DNA of 64,000 bases from an uncultured Actinomycetota bacterium (GTDB taxonomy: Bacteria > Actinomycetota > Actinomycetes > Streptosporangiales > Streptosporangiaceae): NCBI GenBank assembly GCA_963826515.1, contig CAWGXI010000005.1:193610-257609 (forward strand), read 5' to 3'. Below the pieces are notes generated by a model. That model searched no databases. It saw nothing but the letters and a program-made list of their open reading frames with translations, and was not told the origin of the DNA. Of this stretch, positions 21,012-30,320 are shown piece after piece (the first letter of the stretch is position 1; the number at the start of each line of letters is the position of its first letter). A program made the translations under genes and the position numbers.

Positions 21012-21086
21012 GTGCGTCAGCAGTTTTGCTTTTGGTATGGCAACCGGCCCGAAGCCCGGACGGTCGCCCGCCAGACGCTGCACTGA
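21012..21086 (+). CDS. putative aromatic-amino-acid leader peptide (fM)RQQFCFWYGNRPEARTVARQTLH
   Basis: 24-codon GTG ORF with consecutive Phe-Cys-Phe-Trp-Tyr codons, 17 nt upstream of an intrinsic terminator and about 125 nt upstream of a DAHP synthase gene. No clear SD. Confidence 0.45.
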   Translation: MRQQFCFWYGNRPEARTVARQTLH

Positions 21087-21102
21087 CGGAGCGACGTGAC
21101 GG

Positions 21103-21134
21103 AAGCCCCGGGCCGGCTGGCCCGGGGCTTTTCC
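21103..21134 (+). terminator. intrinsic terminator / attenuator hairpin
   Basis: aagccccgggcc-ggct-ggcccggggctt forms a 12-bp GC-rich stem with a 4-nt loop, followed by ttccctttc. Confidence 0.7.
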
Positions 21135-21139
21135 CTTTC

Positions 21140-21206
21140 TAGGACCGCAAATTCGTAGGACCGGCAAATTCTAGGACCGGCAAACATTCCAGGACCGGCA
21201 GAGGAG
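21140..21206. repeat. four direct 16-19-nt repeats (T)AGGACCGGCAAA.. in the DAHP synthase 5' UTR
   Basis: taggaccgcaaattcg / taggaccggcaaattc / taggaccggcaaacattcc / aggaccggcagaggag. The last copy supplies the SD GAGGAG for the ATG at 21213. Confidence 0.8.
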
Positions 21207-21212
21207 ACCACC

Positions 21213-22256
21213 ATGGTCGTCGTCATGGCCCAGGAGGCAACCGCGGAGGACGTCGACGCGGTCGTCGAACTCGTGCGTACTTCGGGCGGCGAGGCATTCG
21301 TCAGCCGGGGCGTGTCCCGCACGATCGTCGGGCTGGTGGGCGATATCGAGCAGTTTCAGGCGCTGAACCTGCGCAACCTGCGCGGCGTGACCGACGTCAT
21401 CCGGATCTCGGTCCCTTTCAAGCTGGTGAGCAGGGAGAACCATCCGGACCGTTCGGTTGTCCGGGTCGGCGGCGTGCCGATAGGCCCGGACACGCTAACG
21501 GTCATCGCGGGCCCATGCGCGGTGGAGACTCCCCAGCAGGCGCTCGCCGCGGCGCAGATGGCGAAGGCCGCAGGCGCCGCACTGCTGCGCGGAGGCGCAT
21601 ACAAGCCCCGCACGTCTCCCTACGCGTTCCAGGGACTCGGCGAGAAGGGCCTGAAGATCCTCGCCGATGTGCGGGCGGAGACCGGGCTTCCCGTCGTGAC
21701 CGAGGTGGTCGACGCTAATGACGTCGAACTCGTGTCCAGTTACGCCGACATGCTCCAGATCGGCACCAGGAACATGCAGAACTTCGCGCTGCTGCAAGCC
21801 GCTGGGAGAGCAGGAAAACCGGTCATGCTCAAGCGCGGGATGAACGCCACCGTCGAGGAGTGGCTGATGGCCGCGGAGTACATCGCGCAGCGCGGCAACC
21901 TCGACATCGTGCTATGTGAGCGCGGTATCCGCACCTTCGAAACGGCCACGAGGAACACCCTGGACATCAGCGCGGTGCCGGTCGCGCAGCGGCTTTCCCA
22001 CCTGCCGGTCATCGTGGATCCGTCACACTCGGGCGGCCACCGCGAACTGGTGCTGCCGCTGTCAAGGGCGGCGATCGCGGTCGGCGCCGATGGGATCATC
22101 GTGGACGTCCACCCATTCCCGGAAACCGCGCTCTGCGACGGGGCGCAGGCGCTCGTCGGCGGCGACATCCGCGAGCTTGCCAGCGTCGCGCAGCATCTGC
22201 CGCCGATTGTCGGGCGCACCCTCACCCCCGCGCCGGAGCGGATTCCCGCAGGCTGA
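21213..22256 (+). CDS. 3-deoxy-7-phosphoheptulonate (DAHP) synthase, type I-beta with N-terminal ferredoxin-like regulatory domain
   Basis: 347 aa. About 80 aa of N-terminal ACT-like domain, then a KDSA/DAHPS I-beta core (IAGPCAVE, LRGGAYKPRTSPY.FQGLG, DPSH). Confidence 0.88.
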   Translation: MVVVMAQEATAEDVDAVVELVRTSGGEAFVSRGVSRTIVGLVGDIEQFQALNLRNLRGVTDVIRISVPFKLVSRENHPDRSVVRVGGVPIGPDTLTVIAGPCAVETPQQALAAAQMAKAAGAALLRGGAYKPRTSPYAFQGLGEKGLKILADVRAETGLPVVTEVVDANDVELVSSYADMLQIGTRNMQNFALLQAAGRAGKPVMLKRGMNATVEEWLMAAEYIAQRGNLDIVLCERGIRTFETATRNTLDISAVPVAQRLSHLPVIVDPSHSGGHRELVLPLSRAAIAVGADGIIVDVHPFPETALCDGAQALVGGDIRELASVAQHLPPIVGRTLTPAPERIPAG

Positions 22257-22259
22257 CCC

Positions 22260-23579
22260 TCAGCCCGCGTGGCACACCTGCACAGGCCGGTACTCCCGCG
22301 CCGTCGAGACCAGGCCGTCGACTAGTTCGTCCGCGCCGAGCCTGCGTTCGATCACACGCAGGTCGGCCGCATTCGCCTTGGTCTCGACCCGGCGCGGTGT
22401 GAGCAGGGTGCAGCAGTCCTCGTCGGGTAGCTCAGAGATGGCAAGCGTGCGGATGCGGCGCGCCTCGGTCATGATCTCGGTCTTGTCCCAGCCGATCAGC
22501 GGGCGCAGGATCGGCAACGCGACCGCGTCGTTGAGCGCAGTGATGTTCGCCAGGGTCTGGCTGCTCACCTGGCCCAGCGAATCACCAGTGACCAGCGCGG
22601 CAGCACCAAGCTTGGCGGCGAGCGCCTCGCCCGTCTTGAGCATGAGCCTGCGCTGCGCCATGATCTGCAGGCGCTCGGCGCCACTGGCCGCGACCCGCTG
22701 CTGCGTCTTGCCGAACGCCACCACGAACAGCCGGGACCGGCCCTGGAACTGGTCAAGTTCCCTGATCAGCGCGTATGCCTTGTAGATCGATTCCGGCCCG
22801 GTCAACGGCATGCCGGAGAAGTGCAGGAAGTCACAGCGAAGGCCACGCCGCATCATCCGGTATGCGGCCACGGGCGAGTCGATGCCACCCGACATCAGCA
22901 CAAGCGCGCGGCCGCTCATCCCGACCGGCAGACCACCCTGGCCGGGCATGGCACTGGTGAAGACGAACACCTCCTGCTGGTCGACCTCAACGAATACTTC
23001 TGTGTCGGGGTGGCTCAGGTCCACGCCAAGGCCGTGCGCCTGCCGAACCTGGGTGCCGATATACGCCGCCAGCTCGATTGATCGCATCTGGAAGCGCTTG
23101 TCTCTGCGCCGGGCCCGGATGGCAAAGGTGCCCGCCGCCCCGGCAGTGAGTTCCACCGCCGCGGCGGCGGCCGCGTCCGGGTCCTTCCTTACCCGCACCG
23201 CACGGTGAACCCGGACGATCCCCATGACCGAGCAGACCCGGCGCGCTACCGCGTCCACCGTCTCGACCAGGTCAGCCTGGCTGGCCGCGCCGCCACCGGC
23301 GGCCATTGCACCGGCCACCGGCGGCCGGAAAGGCGGCGGATTGCCCTGATCTTCAGGTGGGCGCCGTGCCTGGTTGACGCGCAGGACGATGACACCTTCG
23401 CGGCGCCACACATCGACATCCGCGCCGACATCACGCAGGGCGGCGCGGATGTTGTCGTACAGCATCCGCTCGAACCGCGGGCGGTTGCGCCCCTTCAGGA
23501 CGATCTCGCCGAGCTTGAGCAGGACGCATGGCTCGGCCAAGTCAGTGGCAGACACGACCATAGTGTGCCAGGTCCACAC
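22260..23579 (-). CDS. thiI: tRNA 4-thiouridine synthase ThiI
   Basis: THUMP-like N-terminus and PP-loop LMSGGIDSPVAAY. Contains a Gly/Ala/Pro-rich insertion. Confidence 0.88.
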   Translation of the reverse strand: MWTWHTMVVSATDLAEPCVLLKLGEIVLKGRNRPRFERMLYDNIRAALRDVGADVDVWRREGVIVLRVNQARRPPEDQGNPPPFRPPVAGAMAAGGGAASQADLVETVDAVARRVCSVMGIVRVHRAVRVRKDPDAAAAAAVELTAGAAGTFAIRARRRDKRFQMRSIELAAYIGTQVRQAHGLGVDLSHPDTEVFVEVDQQEVFVFTSAMPGQGGLPVGMSGRALVLMSGGIDSPVAAYRMMRRGLRCDFLHFSGMPLTGPESIYKAYALIRELDQFQGRSRLFVVAFGKTQQRVAASGAERLQIMAQRRLMLKTGEALAAKLGAAALVTGDSLGQVSSQTLANITALNDAVALPILRPLIGWDKTEIMTEARRIRTLAISELPDEDCCTLLTPRRVETKANAADLRVIERRLGADELVDGLVSTAREYRPVQVCHAG

Positions 23580-23713
23580 GGCAGATTTGGCCCGTACCGG
23601 CCCCGCAGCGCGCTGGCAGCAGGAGTTTCGGCCCGGCAGGACCGCGGCAGGGCCGCTCCCTGGAACGCGCGCCGCGCAGGCAGGCCATGGCGCATGTGCG
23701 GCAGCCGTTACGG

Positions 23714-24754
23714 CTATGTCCCGAAGAACACCTCGGCCTCGGCGTACAGCTCGGGGGGTACGAGCTTGAGCTCCTTGACCGCGTCTGCCAGCGGCACCCG
23801 GACGATGTCCGCGCCCCGCAGCGCGACCATCTTCCCGAAGTCGCCGTCGTGTACCGCGTCAATCGCATGGACACCGAACCGGGTGGCGAGCACGCGGTCG
23901 TAAGCCGTCGGCGTGCCGCCGCGCTGGATGTGCCCGAGGACCGCGCACCGCGCCTCGTTGCCTGTGCGCCTCTCGATCTCGTCGGCCAGGCGCTGCCCGA
24001 TGCCGCCGAGCCTGACGTGGCCGAACGAGTCGAGTTCCTGATCGGCAAGCTCCAGATCGGTGGTGGCCTGGTGCGCACCCTCGGCGACCACGACCATCGC
24101 CGCGTACCTGGCCTGGAACCTGCTCTCCACGTAGGCGACGACCTTGTCGATCTCGAAGGGGCGCTCCGGGATAAGGATCACGTTGGCGCCGCCCGCGAGC
24201 CCGGCGTGCAGCGCAATCCAGCCTGCGTGCCTGCCCATCACCTCGACGACCATGGCCCGGTGATGGCTCTCCGCGGTTGTGTGCAGCCGGTCGATCGCTT
24301 CCATGCAGATGTTGACGGCGGTGTCGAAGCCGAATGTGTAATCTGTTGCACCAAGATCGTTATCGATGGTCTTGGGCACCCCGATCACCTTCAGGCCCTG
24401 CTCGAACAGCCTGGCGGCCACGCCGAGCGTGTCCTCGCCGCCGATCGCGATCAGCGCGTCCACGCCGAGGCCTGCGATGTTGTCAGTGATCCGCTCCACT
24501 CCGGAGCGGCCGTCGCCGTTGGACTTGAGCGGGTTCGTCCTTGACGTGCCAAGAATCGTGCCGCCACGGGGCAGGATCCCGCGCACCGCCTGCACGTCGA
24601 GGGCGATGGTGTCACCCTCGAGCGGACCGCGCCACCCGTCGCGAAAGCCGACGAATTCATAGCCAAACTGCTGAACACCCTTGCGGACAATGGCACGGAT
24701 AACGGCATTCAGCCCAGGGCAGTCGCCGCCACCAGTGAGCACTCCCACTCGCAT
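23714..24754 (-). CDS. pfkA: 6-phosphofructokinase
   Basis: MRVGVLTGGGDCPGLNAVIR, IGGEDT, PKTIDND, MGRHAG motifs. Confidence 0.92.
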   Translation of the reverse strand: MRVGVLTGGGDCPGLNAVIRAIVRKGVQQFGYEFVGFRDGWRGPLEGDTIALDVQAVRGILPRGGTILGTSRTNPLKSNGDGRSGVERITDNIAGLGVDALIAIGGEDTLGVAARLFEQGLKVIGVPKTIDNDLGATDYTFGFDTAVNICMEAIDRLHTTAESHHRAMVVEVMGRHAGWIALHAGLAGGANVILIPERPFEIDKVVAYVESRFQARYAAMVVVAEGAHQATTDLELADQELDSFGHVRLGGIGQRLADEIERRTGNEARCAVLGHIQRGGTPTAYDRVLATRFGVHAIDAVHDGDFGKMVALRGADIVRVPLADAVKELKLVPPELYAEAEVFFGT

Positions 24755-24976
24755 CTTGATTCCTCTCGTCGCGCCGGATCGCCGGACACGGTCCCGCGGC
24801 CAACACTAGGGCATAGCATCGTGGTTCCTTCGCCGGCAAGGGGGTCCAGCTGGATCGTGGCAGGCGCCTGCTTATCCGGGAATGAGTGTGTAGCGGTGTC
24901 CTGCACGCGACGACGACAACGCCGCGAGCGGCATGGGCGCCGTTAGCGGCGGAGACGACCCCGATGCGACACACTG

Positions 24977-26452
24977 GTGCCCATGAGCGTCCTTGCCATC
25001 GATGCCGGCACCACCGGAGTCACCGCTCTCGTGGTCTCCGCCGAAGGAAAGATCCGCGGCCGCGGTTACGCGGAGTTTCGCCAGCACTATCCAGAGCCGG
25101 GCTGGGTCGAGCATCTGCCAGAGGGGATCTGGCAGGCGACGCTCTCCGCAGGCAGGCAAGCGCTGGCCGGCGGCGCGACCGTGCAGGCGGTCGGCATCAC
25201 CAACCAGCGCGAAACGCTGGTGGTCTGGGACCGTCGCACGCTGGCCGCCCCGCGCCGGGCGATCGTCTGGCAGGACCGCAGAACGGCTGCGCTGTGTGCC
25301 CGCCTGCGCGAGGCCGGGCACGAGCCGAGGGTGACAGAACTGACGGGATTGCGGCTCGACCCGTACTTCACGGCGACGAAACTTGCCTGGATCGCGGCGA
25401 ACGACGAGGCCACCTGGACTGCTATCACCGAAGGAACCGCGGTAGCCGGTACCGTCGACTCCTATCTCATCGCGCGGCTGACCGCCGGGCGCCGGCACGT
25501 TACCGACGCCTCCAACGCGTCGAGGACAATGCTGTACGACATCAGGACCGGGCAGTGGTCAGCCGAGCTTTGCGACCTTTTCGGCGTGCCGATGGGTGCG
25601 CTGCCCGAGGTGGTTCCGTCCTACGGGGTGGCGGGACAGGTCGATCCTGAGGAGTTCCTCGGACTCGACGTTCCGGTGGCAGGCATCGCAGGTGACCAGC
25701 AAGCGGCGCTGTTCGGCCAGGCATGCTTCGCGCCTGGCGACACCAAGTGCACGTACGGGACAGGCTCCTTCTTGCTCGTCAACACCGGCAAGTCAATCGT
25801 CACGCCCCGGTCGGGCCTGCTGTCCACGGTCGCCTGGCAGGAACCTGGCGGCGAGCTGACCTACGCGTTCGAAGGAGCGATCTTCGTCACCGGCGCGGCC
25901 GTCCAATGGCTGCGCGACGGTCTCGGCATCATCGACGTCGCACCGCAGACGGAGGCATTGGCTGGGACGGTCCCTGATAGCGGCGGTGTGGTATTCGTCC
26001 CGGCCCTGACCGGGCTCGGCGCGCCGGACTGGGACCCGGACGCGCGTGGCACGATCCTCGGCATCACCCGCGGAACCACGCGCGCGCACCTGGTCCGCGC
26101 CACGCTGGAGGCGATCGCGTTCGAAGTGCGGGACGTGTTCGACCTGATGACGGACGTGACCGGGCACGTGCCGGCGCGACTGAAGGCCGACGGCGGCGCG
26201 AGCGCCAACAACCTGCTCATGCAGATGCAGGCCGACCAGTTGCAGATCCCGGTGGACCGGCCGATGGTGGCGGAGACCACGGCAGTAGGCGCGGGCTTCC
26301 TCGCCGGCCTCGGCACGGGCATGTGGTCGTCGGCCGCTGAACTCGCAGGAACATGGCAGCTCGACCGCAGCTTTGAGGCTGGGCCCCGGGACCAGACCGG
26401 GCACGATCGCTGGCGGGATGCGGTGCGGCGGGCCAAGGGCTGGGCCAGATAA
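24977..26452 (+). CDS. glpK: glycerol kinase (FGGY family)
   Basis: LAIDAGTTGVT, GITNQRET.VVWD, YFTATKL.W, GDQQAALFGQ, full length. Confidence 0.88.
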   Translation: MPMSVLAIDAGTTGVTALVVSAEGKIRGRGYAEFRQHYPEPGWVEHLPEGIWQATLSAGRQALAGGATVQAVGITNQRETLVVWDRRTLAAPRRAIVWQDRRTAALCARLREAGHEPRVTELTGLRLDPYFTATKLAWIAANDEATWTAITEGTAVAGTVDSYLIARLTAGRRHVTDASNASRTMLYDIRTGQWSAELCDLFGVPMGALPEVVPSYGVAGQVDPEEFLGLDVPVAGIAGDQQAALFGQACFAPGDTKCTYGTGSFLLVNTGKSIVTPRSGLLSTVAWQEPGGELTYAFEGAIFVTGAAVQWLRDGLGIIDVAPQTEALAGTVPDSGGVVFVPALTGLGAPDWDPDARGTILGITRGTTRAHLVRATLEAIAFEVRDVFDLMTDVTGHVPARLKADGGASANNLLMQMQADQLQIPVDRPMVAETTAVGAGFLAGLGTGMWSSAAELAGTWQLDRSFEAGPRDQTGHDRWRDAVRRAKGWAR

Positions 26453-26804
26453 TCACCGCGCCCGATCCGCGGTAGCCAGGGCGGCCACCTTCGAGCAGGC
26501 TCGGATGTGAGCAGCTCGGCCCCGCAGGCCAGGGCTGGCTGCGCAGGCGGCAGCCGTTAAGACTGTATTGCCCCGGGGGGACGACCCCCCGGGATCCCCC
26601 GGCAGACTGTAGCGGCCCGCTCACTGCTGGATGAGAATCCGCCGATTCACGTATCAGGATCATGTTCGGTACCACCTCGCTTCGCGACGGCCGACCGGCC
26701 ACCCGCTTCTTTCGATGGCATGGCATCCGATCGGGCGAATCCCTCCGAATACGTGTTGACAGGACAGCTACCTGTCGACAGCACAGCGCCGGAGGGAGCA
26801 ATTC

Positions 26805-28046
26805 ATGGGGCGACATGTCGCCGTCATCGGCGGCGGCGTTGCGGGCCTGACGGCCGCGTATGTGCTGCAACGCTCGTGCGACGTGACGCTGTTCGAGGCC
26901 GATGACCGGGCGGGCGGTCACGCGCACACTCATGAGGTCGGCGGCCTTCGCGTGGATTCCGGCTTCATCGTGCACAACCCGCGGACCTATCCGCTGCTGA
27001 GCCGGCTCTTCGCTGAGCTGGGGGTGGCCACGCAGGACTGCCAGATGAGCATGTCGGTGCGGTGCGCCGGGTGCGGACTTGAATATGCGGGCGGGCGGGG
27101 GCCGCTCGGATTGCTCGGACGGCCGCACTCGGCGCTCCGCGCCAGTTACCTCCGGATGCTCACGGAGTTGCCTCGTTTCTACCGGGCCGCGCGGCAAGTG
27201 CTCGCCGACTCCGGCGACGACGTCACGCTCTCCCGCTTCCTCGCCGACGGCGGCTATTCGAGATACTTCATTGACCACTTCACAACGCCGCTTGTGGCCA
27301 CCGTGTGGTCGTGCGCGCCGGCCGAGGCAGGCCGCTATCCGGCGCGCTACCTGTTCGCTTTCCTCGCCAACCACGGCATGCTCGCGGTGCGTGGCTCGCC
27401 GCAGTGGCGGACGGTCACCGGTGGCAGCCGCGCCTACGTCGAGCGGGTCGAGAAGGAACTCACCGCGGTGCGGACCACCACGCCGGTCACGAGTCTGCGC
27501 CGGACGGAGGCCGGGGTGGAAATCCGCGACGACGCGGACACGACGTACTGTTTCGGCGCGGCCGTGGTCGCCACTCACGCGGACCAGGCACTTCGGCTGC
27601 TCGCGGCACCGACCGCGGCCGAACGCAGGGTGCTGGGCGCCTTCACTTACTCGCGCAACGAGACCATGCTGCACACCGACTCGTCCGCGCTTCCCCGCTC
27701 ACCAAGCGTCCGCGCATCGTGGAACTACCTGCAGCAGTCGTGTAACGAAGCCGGCGGCCAGGTGCGAGTGAGCTACGACATGACCAGGCTGCAGCAGCTG
27801 CCCGGACCGACCCGGTACGTGGTGACCCTGAACGGCGGAGAGTCGGTTGCCGCCGGCCGGGTGCTGGCCAGGATGGTCTACGAGCATCCGATCTTCACCC
27901 CCCAGGCGCTCGCGGCGCAGCGCAGGCTGCCAGAACTCAACGATGTTCGGATCGCCTACGCGGGCGCATATCACGGCTGGGGTTTCCACGAGGACGGCTG
28001 CCGGGCGGGGGCCGCCGCAGCGCGTGCGCTCGGGGGCACGTGGTGA
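26805..28046 (+). CDS. NAD(P)/FAD-dependent (amine-oxidase-like) oxidoreductase, first gene of the CFA-type operon
   Basis: MGRHVAVIGGGVAGLTAAYVL...EA..R.GGH dinucleotide fold. The stop overlaps the next gene start. Confidence 0.85.
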   Translation: MGRHVAVIGGGVAGLTAAYVLQRSCDVTLFEADDRAGGHAHTHEVGGLRVDSGFIVHNPRTYPLLSRLFAELGVATQDCQMSMSVRCAGCGLEYAGGRGPLGLLGRPHSALRASYLRMLTELPRFYRAARQVLADSGDDVTLSRFLADGGYSRYFIDHFTTPLVATVWSCAPAEAGRYPARYLFAFLANHGMLAVRGSPQWRTVTGGSRAYVERVEKELTAVRTTTPVTSLRRTEAGVEIRDDADTTYCFGAAVVATHADQALRLLAAPTAAERRVLGAFTYSRNETMLHTDSSALPRSPSVRASWNYLQQSCNEAGGQVRVSYDMTRLQQLPGPTRYVVTLNGGESVAAGRVLARMVYEHPIFTPQALAAQRRLPELNDVRIAYAGAYHGWGFHEDGCRAGAAAARALGGTW

Positions 28047-28960
28047 CCGCGCCCACCCTGTACGAATGCCGGGTCACGCACGTGCGAGCCGAGCCGATCA
28101 GAAACGCCTTCACCTATCCGATGCAGCTCTGGCTCACAGATCTCGACGATCTGCCGCGTGACCGGCCGCTCAGCGGAGCCTGCAGCCTCCGGCTGCGCGG
28201 CACCCGGCGGAGCGGCTTCCCGCGGCGCGGCTTCCCGCGGCGCGGCTTCCTGGCCAGGGATCATCTGGGCGATCCGGGCCTGAGCATCCGCGCCAACGTC
28301 GACCGCTTTCTTGCCAGCCGCGGCGTAAGCCTCGGCGGAGGCCACGTACTCATGCTCACCCAGCCGCGGGCTCTCGGTTACGTCTTCAACCCACTGACCG
28401 TCTACTGGTGCCACCGCGCCGACGGCGCACTCGCCGCCGTCATCGCCGAGGTGTGCAACACCCACGGTGAACGGCACTGCTACCTGCTACGCACCGACGA
28501 GCGGGGACGGGCACGGGTAGCCAAGGAGTTCTACGTCTCGCCGTTCTATCCGGTGGACGGAAGCTACCGGATGAGCCTGCCCACGCCGGGTGACCGGCTG
28601 AACCTGTCTGTGACGCTGCATCGCGCGGGCGAACGGCCGTTCGTTGCGACCGTGCGCGGTCATGCCGTCCCAGGCCAGCGTGTTCGCCCCTGGTCCACCG
28701 CCGCCGTCACGGCACGCATCCGACGCCAGGGCATCGGGCTTTATCTTCGCGGACTGCCTGTGTTGCCGCGGCCGGCGGCGAACGCACGGCCCGGCAGACG
28801 GTCCGGCAGACGGTCCGGCAGAAGGTCCGGCAGACAGCCTGAGACACGGCCTGAGACACGGCCGACGCACGGCCTGACGCACGGCCTGACGCACGGCCCG
28901 GCTCGCTGGCCGGCATACGGGAGGGAGTCTCTTGACTCAGATCACTGGTTACGGAACTAG
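28040..28960 (+). CDS. DUF1365 family protein
   Basis: LYECRVTHVRAEPIRNAFTYPMQLWLTDLDDLP...YVFNPLTVYWC...GERHCY is typical of DUF1365. The C-terminal tail is made of 12-bp repeats (GRRS x3, THGL x3), so the true end is uncertain. Confidence 0.8.
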   Translation: MVTAPTLYECRVTHVRAEPIRNAFTYPMQLWLTDLDDLPRDRPLSGACSLRLRGTRRSGFPRRGFPRRGFLARDHLGDPGLSIRANVDRFLASRGVSLGGGHVLMLTQPRALGYVFNPLTVYWCHRADGALAAVIAEVCNTHGERHCYLLRTDERGRARVAKEFYVSPFYPVDGSYRMSLPTPGDRLNLSVTLHRAGERPFVATVRGHAVPGQRVRPWSTAAVTARIRRQGIGLYLRGLPVLPRPAANARPGRRSGRRSGRRSGRQPETRPETRPTHGLTHGLTHGPARWPAYGRESLDSDHWLRN

Positions 28961-30320
28961 TCAGGGCGCCGGGCGGGTCGCCGGGCGGCGCACGGGTCAC
29001 GGCGCCGATGCCGGCGCGATCCGCAGCCGAGGCGATTGCGGCCCCAGCCGTGCACGGCACATCGACAGTGCCGGGCACGTCGACGCGGCACGCTGGCCCG
29101 ATGTCGCGGTTATTCCTGACAGCCGGGCGCGTGCCGCCGTGGCAAGCGCGCTGTTCCGCCGGGTTACCGCACGGCTGCCGGTTCGGGTGGTGACGGCGGA
29201 CGGGACGACAGGTGGTGGTGGCGAAGGCGCACCGGCGCTGCTGCTACATCGCCCTGGCGACTTCTACCGGCGCCTCGGCGCAGGTGGCCTGATCGGCTTG
29301 GGCGAGTCGTACATGGCGGGCGACTGGGACGCCGATGATCTGGCCGGCCTGCTGAGCGTCTTCGCGGCCCGGATGGCGACGCTCGTGCCCCGGCCCGCGC
29401 AGAAGCTGCGGCGGTGGTATGTGCCCCGGATGCCTGCCGCCGAGGACGGCACCCCCGATGGGGCGCGGCGGAACATCCAGCGCCACTACGACCTGTCCAA
29501 TGACCTGTTCGCGCTGTTCCTGGACGAGACCATGACCTACTCTGCGGCCGAGTTCGACGACCTCGGCGGATCCCTCGGCCCGCCGCTCGCCGAGGCCAAG
29601 GAGGACAGCTTGGCCCAGGCGCAGCGCCGGAAGATCGACCGGATCCTCGACCTCGCGGCGGTCGGCCCGGGCAGCCGGGTTCTCGAGATCGGAACCGGCT
29701 GGGGCGAACTGGCGATCAGGGCAGCCAGGCGTGGCGCACGCGTTGACTCGATCACGTTGTCGCAAGAACAGCGCGAGCTTGCGCAGGGCCGTGCCGCGCG
29801 GGCAGGTGTCGCGGGTCAGGTGGCGATCGACCTGCGAGACTACAGGGACGCCGCGGGGCGCTACGACGCAATCGTCAGCGTCGAGATGATCGAGGCGGTC
29901 GGGGACAGGTACTGGCCGGTGTTCTTCGCCACCCTCAATCGCCTTCTCGCGCCGCGCGGCCGCATCGGCCTGCAGGCGATCACCATGCCGCACGACAGAA
30001 TGCTCGCCACCCGCACCAGCTACACCTGGATTCACAAGTACATCTTTCCTGGTGGCGTCATCCCGTCGGCGATGGCCATCGAGCATGAGGCCGCCCGGGC
30101 GTCGCTGAGGGTGACCGCACGGCGCTCCCTCGGCCGGCACTACGCCAGGACGCTGCAACTATGGCGCGCGCGGTTCTGCCAGCACGCCAGCGACATCGAC
30201 AAGCTCGGCTTCGACGCGGTGTTCCGCCGCATGTGGACGTTCTATCTCGCCTACTCGGAGGCGGGTTTCCGGTCCGGATATCTCAACGTCCACCAGTTCG
30301 CGCTCGAGCACACGCCGTGA
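28932..30320 (+). CDS. cyclopropane-fatty-acyl-phospholipid synthase family SAM-dependent methyltransferase
   Basis: IQRHYDLSNDLFALFLDETMTYS, VLEIGTGWGELA, ...YIFPGG...; start uncertain (the track start is TTG). Confidence 0.88.
   Translation: MTQITGYGTSQGAGRVAGRRTGHGADAGAIRSRGDCGPSRARHIDSAGHVDAARWPDVAVIPDSRARAAVASALFRRVTARLPVRVVTADGTTGGGGEGAPALLLHRPGDFYRRLGAGGLIGLGESYMAGDWDADDLAGLLSVFAARMATLVPRPAQKLRRWYVPRMPAAEDGTPDGARRNIQRHYDLSNDLFALFLDETMTYSAAEFDDLGGSLGPPLAEAKEDSLAQAQRRKIDRILDLAAVGPGSRVLEIGTGWGELAIRAARRGARVDSITLSQEQRELAQGRAARAGVAGQVAIDLRDYRDAAGRYDAIVSVEMIEAVGDRYWPVFFATLNRLLAPRGRIGLQAITMPHDRMLATRTSYTWIHKYIFPGGVIPSAMAIEHEAARASLRVTARRSLGRHYARTLQLWRARFCQHASDIDKLGFDAVFRRMWTFYLAYSEAGFRSGYLNVHQFALEHTP

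Noticed and set aside
26217-27674. 485-aa minus-strand ORF
   Set aside because: Antisense to glpK and the FAD oxidoreductase, both of which have clear family motifs. Arg/Pro/Gly-rich shadow ORF.
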